From the NCBI GenBank assembly GCA_016432445.1, contig CP066689.1, forward strand, positions 750,001 through 782,000: a stretch of DNA of 32,000 nucleotides. Reading direction: 5' to 3'. Numbering within the stretch: position 1 is the first letter of the stretch; each line of letters starts with the position of its first letter. Origin of the DNA: Candidatus Saccharimonadota bacterium. Its GTDB lineage: Bacteria > Patescibacteriota > Microgenomatia > UBA1406 > GWC2-37-13. Shown here in pieces: positions 9,037 to 14,395 of the stretch. The position numbers were made by a program, and so were the translations under genes. Below the pieces are notes generated by a model. That model saw only the letters and a program-made list of their open reading frames with translations, was not told where the DNA came from and made no database searches.

Positions 9037-9170
9037 AAAAAAAACCTCCTTAATTTGGGAGGGTAATGTAATTTAAGGTTTTTTAAACATTACCCCTATT
9101 TCCTAGTAAAAATAGGAATATAGTATAGTTTAAAAAATCTTTGAATTTTCATAGCCTCACAATTATAACA
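9037..9170 (-). promoter_or_regulatory. Extended -10 promoter plus structured 5' leader with terminator-like SD-sequestering hairpin for the 366-aa gene
   Basis: On the minus strand: TGTTATAAT (complement of 9162-9170). Hairpin CUAUAUUCCUA/UAGGAAAUAG (complement of ~9096-9122). 9-bp hairpin GGGUAAUGU/ACAUUACCC (9061-9069 / 9087-9095). Then CCUCC-CAAAUUAA-GGAGG (9062-9045) followed by U8 (9044-9037), 10 nt before the ATG. Confidence 0.4.
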
Positions 9171-9191
9171 CAATACGCATAAAAATACCTA

Positions 9192-9220
9192 TTGACTTTT
9201 ATTTCTTGATTCACTAGAAT
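9192..9220 (+). promoter_or_regulatory. Sigma70-type promoter P1
   Basis: TTGACT (9192-9197), 17 nt spacer, TAGAAT (9215-9220). Confidence 0.55.
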
Positions 9221-9226
9221 AAAATT

Positions 9227-9345
9227 GTTTTATGATAGTTAACATTTTTTCAGTTATTTTTACTCAACTCAAACCCTTTAAAAGGGCGGTTGATTGATGA
9301 TTGAAAAAGTGAAAGTCACCCGCCCAAGAAAGGGCGGTTTTTTTT
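9227..9345 (+). promoter_or_regulatory. Leader/sRNA module L1 (outer helix, ACCC...GGGCGG core, intrinsic terminator)
   Basis: Outer helix UUUUUCA (9246-52)/UGAAAAA (9302-08). Inner helix UCAAC (9264-68)/GUUGA (9289-93). ACCC at 9273-76 and GGGCGG at 9284-89. Terminator CCGCCC (9320-25)/GGGCGG (9332-37) plus U8 (9338-45). The internal GGGCGG can pair instead with the terminator 5' arm. Confidence 0.5.
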
Positions 9346-9466
9346 GCCTCTGTTTACGATAACAAGCGTAAGCGCAGTTGAGTATTACAGAGGCAAATCC
9401 TGCCGGAGCGAAGTTTCGACTGCGTGGATGTAAACCACGAGGCGAACCTGAGCGAAGGAGGATTTT
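9346..9466 (+). ncRNA. Unclassified ~120-nt two-hairpin structured RNA, copy A
   Basis: Hairpin 1 is GCCUCUGU (9346-53)/ACAGAGGC (9387-94) with conserved apical loop AAGCGUAAGCGCA. Hairpin 2 is AAAUCCU(G)CC (9395-9404)/GGAGGAUUU (9457-65). It encloses GAGCGAA//GAGCGAA internal loops and CGUGG-AUGUAAA-CCACG. Copy B (11079-11197) keeps both helices through compensatory changes. Confidence 0.55.
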
Positions 9467-9492
9467 GAGTTAATTATAAGTTTAAAAAATAT

Positions 9493-9684
9493 ATGGACCA
9501 GCTAAATAGTTTGGACATACCACATGTAGGCGCCGCTGAAAAGGCGGCAATTAGCAATTTTATTACCAAACACTTAAAAAGTGAAATAATACAGGATGTC
9601 ACTATAGAGATACACAAAGAAAAAAATAATCCTGATTCTTGCCAAAAAATCGATATTATTATCTTATTTAAAAATAACAATTGA
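9493..9684 (+). CDS. Doubtful small ORF (63 aa)
   Basis: ORF-track entry. No Shine-Dalgarno within 15 nt of the ATG. Its stop overlaps the -35 box of promoter P3. No family recognised. Confidence 0.25.
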   Translation: MDQLNSLDIPHVGAAEKAAISNFITKHLKSEIIQDVTIEIHKEKNNPDSCQKIDIIILFKNNN

Positions 9685-9709
9685 AATCTTTTTTCTTATC
9701 TGGTAGAAT
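9681..9709 (+). promoter_or_regulatory. Sigma70-type promoter P3
   Basis: TTGAAA (9681-9686), 17 nt spacer, TAGAAT (9704-9709). Confidence 0.55.
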
Positions 9710-9715
9710 TCAATA

Positions 9716-9831
9716 ATTCAAATGGAAAATAAAAATATTTTAGTCAGCCTTCCTCTTATTACCCTATATGGGGCGGGAAGTTGATTGACTAAAATATTTT
9801 TATCAATAACCCGCCGAAAGGCGGGCTTTTT
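9716..9831 (+). promoter_or_regulatory. Leader/sRNA module L3 (paralog of L1/L2)
   Basis: Outer helix AUUUUAGUCA (9737-46)/UGACUAAAAU (9786-95). Inner helix CUUCC (9749-53)/GGAAG (9776-80). ACCC at 9761-64 and GGGGCGGG at 9770-77. Terminator CCCGCC (9810-15)-GAAA-GGCGGG (9820-25) plus CUUUUU. Confidence 0.5.
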
Positions 9832-9838
9832 AGTATAT

Positions 9839-9915
9839 AGCACTTTTACAACACGAGCTAGATTGACCGGGAGAAATTAGGGGAGACAACCTCTCTTCTA
9901 TTCTCTCCTGGTCAA
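9839..9915 (+). promoter_or_regulatory. Conserved cassette 5' element, copy C (nested long hairpin)
   Basis: AGCACUUUUACAACACGAGCUAGA followed by hairpin UUGACCGGGAGA (9863-74)/UCUCCUGGUCAA (9904-15). The hairpin encloses GGGGAGA-CAACC-UCUCUUC. Nearly identical to 11246-11321, where the apical loop is replaced (CAACC vs UAAAA). Confidence 0.5.
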
Positions 9916-9954
9916 CAAGACAAGGGGAGAAATTTTAAAGGGAAGGAGGAAAAA

Positions 9955-10035
9955 ATGATGAACACTGTATCATTCACACCGCTGCAAGTCTATCAGATCA
10001 TGCGGGACGCCCGCAGAGCCATCGCGCGCAGATAA
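9955..10035 (+). CDS. Small ORF, 26 aa (MMNTVSFTPLQVYQIMRDARRAIARR)
   Basis: Found by hand; it is below the ORF-track size cutoff. Strong SD GGAAGGAGGA (9941-9950) lies 5 nt before ATG 9955. Visibly G+C-rich. No family recognised. Confidence 0.4.
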   Translation: MMNTVSFTPLQVYQIMRDARRAIARR

Positions 10036-10139
10036 CAATCTCGCGCAAACCCAATCGTACAGCGTAGTACAAAATGGGACAATGACGTCCACTCCAAACG
10101 ACAAATAAATCTAAAATAAGTAGGGAGGAAACAGTTTCT

Positions 10140-10694
10140 ATGATTACCACTTATCAGCATCTCGTCTGCGTCGCCGCCAAAGGTGATGTCCTAGCTGAAG
10201 AGATTCTCAAATACCTTAAAGGCAGTTTCAAGATCGCCGTAAGACTCATTGACCCGAACCATGAGAAAGCCGGACCGTTGGAAATAGTAATTTTCCAGCC
10301 AGAAGAAGGATGGCCGGGAAAAAATACTTTCACCTGCACGGCATTTTACCAGCTGGAAGAATCCACACCACAATGGGCAGCAGACAGCTTATTCCCTGTT
10401 GCCGTAAGGTTTCCCTTCGGCACTAACAAGATAAGGGAAAAACTATGGTACGCAACTGTTAACGTGGTTCGGCAAATAGAACTCTGGATCTGCAGTGATC
10501 GGCCGGTCGATACCACACCATGGGTAGGTTCACCAAAAGAACTCAGTGAAGACGTCAAAGGTAAAATCACAGTATGGCGCGCCCAGATAGACGGTATCAT
10601 GTCTCAAATCACAATCATGCCAATCCCTGACTTTCACCCTGTAAAGGAGCCAAAGTACAGTAGGAAAAGGAGCTTGGCCAGCTTAATCACCTAA
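10140..10694 (+). CDS. Orphan 184-aa protein with foreign-looking composition
   Basis: ORF-track entry with GGGAGGA 11 nt upstream. Many C/G-ending codons (gtc tgc gtc gcc gcc; cgc gcc cag) contrast with the A/T-ending codons of neighbouring genes. Trp-rich. No family recognised. Confidence 0.65.
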   Translation: MITTYQHLVCVAAKGDVLAEEILKYLKGSFKIAVRLIDPNHEKAGPLEIVIFQPEEGWPGKNTFTCTAFYQLEESTPQWAADSLFPVAVRFPFGTNKIREKLWYATVNVVRQIELWICSDRPVDTTPWVGSPKELSEDVKGKITVWRAQIDGIMSQITIMPIPDFHPVKEPKYSRKRSLASLIT

Positions 10695-10782
10695 AATTAA
10701 GACGGCAACGTCTCCTAAGGTCATTGACTAAAAGGCATCTCACGCATGATGCGTTTTTTGGTCTTTTGGCCTGCTAGCTCAA

Positions 10783-10848
10783 CAGTAGGGGATCAGCACC
10801 CAAATTACAGGTTTTACCTGTTTTTTGCCATGCTGATCCCCCCTACTT
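10783..10848 (+). terminator. Conserved cassette 3' element, copy E: terminator nested inside an 11-bp outer helix
   Basis: GGGGAUCAGCA (10788-98)/UGCUGAUCCCC (10831-41) encloses ACAGGU-UUU-ACCUGU plus U6 (10807-10826). Preceded by CUAGCUC (10774-80), the inverted match of GAGCUAG in element C. Confidence 0.55.
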
Positions 10849-10854
10849 TTTCAA

Positions 10855-10911
10855 GATTCAAGACTTGTGATTCGAAAATATTCATGAATCGTGAATCCTG
10901 AATCATGAATC
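10855..10911 (+). repeat. Low-complexity imperfect palindrome (GATTCA/TGAATC words)
   Basis: gattcaagacttgtgattcgaaaatattcatgaatcgtgaatcctgaatcatgaatc. The arms pair imperfectly. Same style as other intergenic hairpins in the window. Confidence 0.5.
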
Positions 10912-10915
10912 TCAG

Positions 10916-10944
10916 TTGACAAGAATCACCTGATTTGTTATATT
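10916..10944 (+). promoter_or_regulatory. Sigma70-type promoter P2
   Basis: TTGACA (10916-10921), 17 nt spacer, TATATT (10939-10944). Confidence 0.55.
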
Positions 10945-10950
10945 ACGTTT

Positions 10951-11076
10951 ATGGCAAATTTATCTACCTGGTATTGCTTTTTCTTTTTTACCCGCTTAGG
11001 CGGACTGGTAGATAATGAGATAAAACTCTAAGCCAATATTTCGAAAGAAACCAGCCGCCGCAAGGCGGTTTTTTTT
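10951..11076 (+). promoter_or_regulatory. Leader/sRNA module L2 (paralog of L1/L3)
   Basis: Outer helix UUAUCUACC (10960-68)/GGUAGAUAA (11007-15). U/C-rich tract. ACCC at 10990-93 and GGCGG at 10999-11003. Terminator CCGCC (11055-59)-GCAA-GGCGG (11064-68) plus U8. Confidence 0.5.
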
Positions 11077-11078
11077 AT

Positions 11079-11197
11079 GTGTCCGTTTACGGAAACAAGC
11101 GTAAGTGCAGTTTACGTATTACGGACACAAATCCTTCCGAAGCGAAGTTTCGACTGCGTGGATGTAAACCACGAGACGAACCTGAGCGAAGGAAGAT
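11079..11197 (+). ncRNA. Unclassified ~120-nt two-hairpin structured RNA, copy B
   Basis: GUGUCCGU (11079-86)/ACGGACAC (11121-28) replaces GCCUCUGU/ACAGAGGC of copy A, with every substituted position compensated (five of the eight pairs differ). Hairpin 2 closing helix CUUCC/GGAAG replaces CU(G)CC/GGAG. The core CGAAGUUUCGACUGCGUGGAUGUAAACCACGAG.CGAACCUGAGCGAAGGA is near-identical. Confidence 0.55.
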
Positions 11198-11231
11198 ATA
11201 TACGAATTATTTTCTTCACCCATAAGCATGG

Positions 11232-11259
11232 TTGACTGAAAATACAGCACTTTTACAAT
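11232..11259 (+). promoter_or_regulatory. Candidate promoter in front of cassette 2
   Basis: TTGACT (11232-37), 16 nt spacer, TACAAT (11254-59). The -10 lies inside the conserved element. The copy-C equivalent has TACAAC and no good -35. Confidence 0.4.
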
Positions 11260-11321
11260 ATGAGCTAGATTGACCAGGAGAAATTAGGGGAGATAAAATC
11301 TCTTCTACTCTCTCCTAGTCA
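11246..11321 (+). promoter_or_regulatory. Conserved cassette 5' element, copy D
   Basis: Aligns base-for-base with 9839-9915, with about 10 differences by eye over ~77 nt. Hairpin UUGACCAGGAGA (11270-81)/UCUCCUAGUCA (11311-21). Confidence 0.5.
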
Positions 11322-11441
11322 TGCCTCTTCTTGAGGGAATTAAATGGGAACGTACCCCAATATCGCATGTCGAAGAAATAGAACCCCAAGGTGAAATCGG
11401 ATTACCTCGTCACTGCGGCGTCTGGGGAAAATACTAACTCA

Positions 11442-11513
11442 AATCTAGCTCATTTCAAGGGGATCAGCTACCCAAATTACAGGTTTTACCTGTTTTTTAC
11501 CATGCTGATCCCC
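11442..11513 (+). terminator. Conserved cassette 3' element, copy F
   Basis: AAUCUAGCUCAU (11442-53) is the inverted repeat of AUGAGCUAGAUU (11260-71). GGGGAUCAGC (11459-68)/GCUGAUCCCC (11504-13) encloses ACAGGU-UUU-ACCUGU plus U-run (11479-11498). Confidence 0.55.
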
Positions 11514-11569
11514 TTAATACTTTTCTTTCAAAATTTTTGAGAAAGAAGTATCGCCAGTTATTAAAAAAA

Positions 11570-12742
11570 ATGGAAAAAAAATTACTTATATCTAAAGAAA
11601 CTCAACCATCGAAAACCATGGCCTATTTAGGACCAAACGGAACTTTTACAGAAATGGCTGCTGCCTTAGCTATGGATAAACTTGGAGGAGATATCCTTCC
11701 AATCCAAGCTAAAAACATTTCAGAGATCTTTAAAATGGTAGCTGATGGAACAACGGAACTAGGAATAGTACCGATTGAAAACTCTACGGATGGACCGGTT
11801 GGAGATACTTTAAAGAATCTCACCGATTTTGAGGGCACTTTTATTGGCGAAGTCGCCATTCCTATAAGTCATTCTCTATATTACCAGAGTGCCTGGCTAG
11901 TACAACACGTCGCCTCTAAAGATACTGCTTTAAGACAATGTCAAAAACATATCTCCAAATACCTCCCTGGACGCAATCTAATGAATGTCGATAGTACAGC
12001 CCTTGCTGTCCAAATGGCGGCTGCAGACCCAACCATAGCTGCTATTGGCAGCAAAATCGCCGCTGAAGCTCTTGGCCTTACTGAAAAATTTTGGCGAGTT
12101 GACGGAGTGGAGGATAATCCTTTAAATACGACTAGATTTGTAGTGATTTCCAAATCAAGAGAGGTGCACGAAGATCTGGAAAATAATAAAACTACTTTAC
12201 TTGTTCATATGAGAGATGAACCAGGAAGCTTAGCCAATTGTCTGCATGTTTTTTCCGAAAATAAAATTAATCTTACCCAAATTAAATCTTTTTTGAGAGA
12301 TGATCAGGGAGTCTCATTTCTTATATCAATTGATGGAGGAAACCATGAAGCTAGCGTTAAAAAAGCTTTTAATGATTTATATACTTACGCCAATTATCGA
12401 GTACTAGGATCATATGTAAAAGATGAAACAGAGTCTCAGGAAGATCAGGCAGATATCAATCAAATAGCCGACCAATTAAAAAGAGAGGCGGTAAATGGGA
12501 ATGGTATTGATCATGATGAAAGCGTTTTGGCTTTTACTCTTAAAGATGAAGTAGGCTCTTTGGAAAAAGTAGTCAGTATTTTTACCCAAAGGAAAATAAA
12601 TCTTACCCGTATCGATTCCATACCCACAGGAAGATTAAACGAATATGCATTCTATCTAGCTTTTAAAAACGGCATCCCCAACCATCAGGAACTGCTTGAT
12701 GAAGTAAAACTAGCCTGTAAAGAAATTGTGCAGATTGCTTAA
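11570..12742 (+). CDS. pheA: Prephenate dehydratase with two C-terminal ACT domains
   Basis: MAYLGPNGTFTEMAA, ...NTTRFVVI, and ACT-like TTLLVHMRDEPGSLANCLHVFSENKINLTQIKS. A second ACT-like segment is VLAFTLKDEVGSLEKVVSIFTQRKINLTRIDSIP. The start is uncertain: TTG 11537 in the track, ATG 11570, or ATG 11618 at MAYLG. Confidence 0.85.
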   Translation: MEKKLLISKETQPSKTMAYLGPNGTFTEMAAALAMDKLGGDILPIQAKNISEIFKMVADGTTELGIVPIENSTDGPVGDTLKNLTDFEGTFIGEVAIPISHSLYYQSAWLVQHVASKDTALRQCQKHISKYLPGRNLMNVDSTALAVQMAAADPTIAAIGSKIAAEALGLTEKFWRVDGVEDNPLNTTRFVVISKSREVHEDLENNKTTLLVHMRDEPGSLANCLHVFSENKINLTQIKSFLRDDQGVSFLISIDGGNHEASVKKAFNDLYTYANYRVLGSYVKDETESQEDQADINQIADQLKREAVNGNGIDHDESVLAFTLKDEVGSLEKVVSIFTQRKINLTRIDSIPTGRLNEYAFYLAFKNGIPNHQELLDEVKLACKEIVQIA

Positions 12743-12783
12743 AGCGAAATTCATCTGCTTTTTTGATAGAATTTACACATCAA

Positions 12784-13575
12784 ATGAAGAAATATTGGCT
12801 TTTTTTTAAGGCAAACGTAGATTTTTACTTCGTCTACCGCTTAAGTTTTATCTTGTGGAGAGTACGTAACATCCTTGGCTTTCTTATTATCTATTTCTTA
12901 TGGTCATCAATTTACTCAGGTAAAACAGTCGTCTTTAATTATACCCAAGAGCAAATGATCACTTATGTTTTAGCCATCAGCTTTACAAATGCCCTTATTA
13001 TCGCCTCAAGAACGACAGATATTGCCTCTGAAATTGTTAGCGGTGATATCATTAATTATCTTCTAAGGCCGGTTTCTTTTTTTTCTCTTGTTATCACAAA
13101 AGAATTAGCTGATAAGATTGTCAATGGCATCGCGGCTGTAATAGAAATTGTATTATTGGTACTAATATTTCAGCCTCATATCTTTATCCAGCAAAACTTA
13201 AGTGTTTATCCTTTTGTATTTGCGGCTTTGCTTATAGGCGCCGCCATCACTTTTTTCCTTTCTTTATCTTTATCTTTTATAGCTTTTTGGACATCAGAAG
13301 TCTGGGCGCCCCGTTTTATTTATTTTGTTTTAATCTCCATGTTCGCCGGCACTTTTTTCCCTTTGGATATCTTGCCGCCTCTACTTTACAATTTCCTTCT
13401 GGCCACGCCTTTCCCTTACCTTATTTATCTGCCCACAAAAATATATCTGACCGGAATATCTGGTGATAACATTAAACTTCTAGGCATAGGAATTATCTGG
13501 GCAGTAGTTTTTTATTTTGTAGCTAAAAAAATCTGGCAGAAAGGATTAATGGAATTTAGTTTTTACGGAAAATGA
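12784..13575 (+). CDS. ABC-2 type transporter permease (DUF990-like)
   Basis: Polytopic membrane protein, first of a permease-permease-ATPase trio. The track starts at TTG 12763; ATG 12784 (MKKYWLFF...) is more plausible. Confidence 0.7.
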   Translation: MKKYWLFFKANVDFYFVYRLSFILWRVRNILGFLIIYFLWSSIYSGKTVVFNYTQEQMITYVLAISFTNALIIASRTTDIASEIVSGDIINYLLRPVSFFSLVITKELADKIVNGIAAVIEIVLLVLIFQPHIFIQQNLSVYPFVFAALLIGAAITFFLSLSLSFIAFWTSEVWAPRFIYFVLISMFAGTFFPLDILPPLLYNFLLATPFPYLIYLPTKIYLTGISGDNIKLLGIGIIWAVVFYFVAKKIWQKGLMEFSFYGK

Positions 13576-14354
13576 AAAAACATCTTAAAATATTTTTCTT
13601 GTTAAGTAAATACTCAATGAAAATAACTTTTCAGTATCCGGCTGGATCTATCTCCTTTTTAATTGGAAAACTATTAAGATTCGGAACTTATTTTTTGTTT
13701 GTATTTTATCTTCTTGCCAATACAAAGCTCTTAGTTGGCTACAGCATGACTCAAACTTTAATATTTTTTTTAACTTTTAACATTATTGATACTTTATCTC
13801 AGTTATTATTTCGCCAAGTCTACCGATTTCGTCCAATGGTTGTAAGTGGAGAACTTGATACTGTCCTAGTTAAACCCCATCATCCTTTTGTACGAATACT
13901 TTTGGGTGGCATTGATTTTCTAGATCTTCTTACTGTTGTCTTTTATATCGGCCTGCTTTTCTTTTTAGCCCTTCAGTTGCAGGCTTTATCGTTAATCAAT
14001 ATCTTTTTATATTTATTATTGATGCTTAATGGTTTGATTATTGCCACAGCGTTTCACATTATGGTTCTAGCTTTAGGTATTCTCACGACAGAAGTCGATC
14101 ATACCATTATGATTTACCGCGATCTAAACCGACTGGGCGTATTTCCTATAGATATTTACAGTGAGCCGATAAAAAGTATTTTTACTTTTGTCATACCCAT
14201 AGGTATTATGGTGACCTTTCCAGCTAAGTCACTTTTTGGTATCCTTTCATTAAATCTTATTTTTATAAGTTTTGCTATTTCTTTTGGCTTATTTGTTTTT
14301 TCAATGGTCATGTGGAATAATGCTCTTAAAAAATACCAAAGCTGGGGAGGATAG
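13572..14354 (+). CDS. ABC-2 type transporter permease (second subunit)
   Basis: 260-aa polytopic membrane protein. ATGA start/stop overlap with the upstream permease. Confidence 0.7.
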   Translation: MKKHLKIFFLLSKYSMKITFQYPAGSISFLIGKLLRFGTYFLFVFYLLANTKLLVGYSMTQTLIFFLTFNIIDTLSQLLFRQVYRFRPMVVSGELDTVLVKPHHPFVRILLGGIDFLDLLTVVFYIGLLFFLALQLQALSLINIFLYLLLMLNGLIIATAFHIMVLALGILTTEVDHTIMIYRDLNRLGVFPIDIYSEPIKSIFTFVIPIGIMVTFPAKSLFGILSLNLIFISFAISFGLFVFSMVMWNNALKKYQSWGG

Positions 14355-14395
14355 AATCGTTAATATAAATCCAAATTACAAAGCTCAAATATCAA

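Noticed and set aside
9232-9294. Short leader-peptide ORFs in L1, L2 and L3 (20, 26 and 20 aa), as for peptide-mediated attenuation or type I toxins
   Set aside because: None has an SD. The peptides are unrelated to each other, whereas the RNA helices covary. There is no run of regulatory codons.
10771-10850. Integron attC-like site (GCTCAAC fits RYYYAAC)
   Set aside because: No GTTRRRY partner at the 3' side. Copy F has GCTCATT instead. No integrase is nearby.
9840-10850. Idea that the whole G+C-rich kilobase is a giant ornate ncRNA (GOLLD/ROOL-like) rather than coding
   Set aside because: A 184-codon stop-free frame with an SD and C/G-biased third positions is more simply explained as a horizontally acquired CDS. 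Only the conserved ends look like dedicated RNA structure.
11077-11240. ~55-aa ORF starting at ATG 11077 across RNA copy B
   Set aside because: The corresponding frame in copy A hits a stop at 9430, and an indel shifts the frame between copies. The substitutions are helix-compensating rather than synonymous.
11321-11437. 38-aa ORF (MPLLEGIKWERTPISHVEEIEPQGEIGLPRHCGVWGKY) as cassette-2 cargo
   Set aside because: Not listed as a feature. There is no SD, and the ATG sits in the 3' arm of the conserved hairpin. It could still be real, so it is mentioned under the cassette finding.
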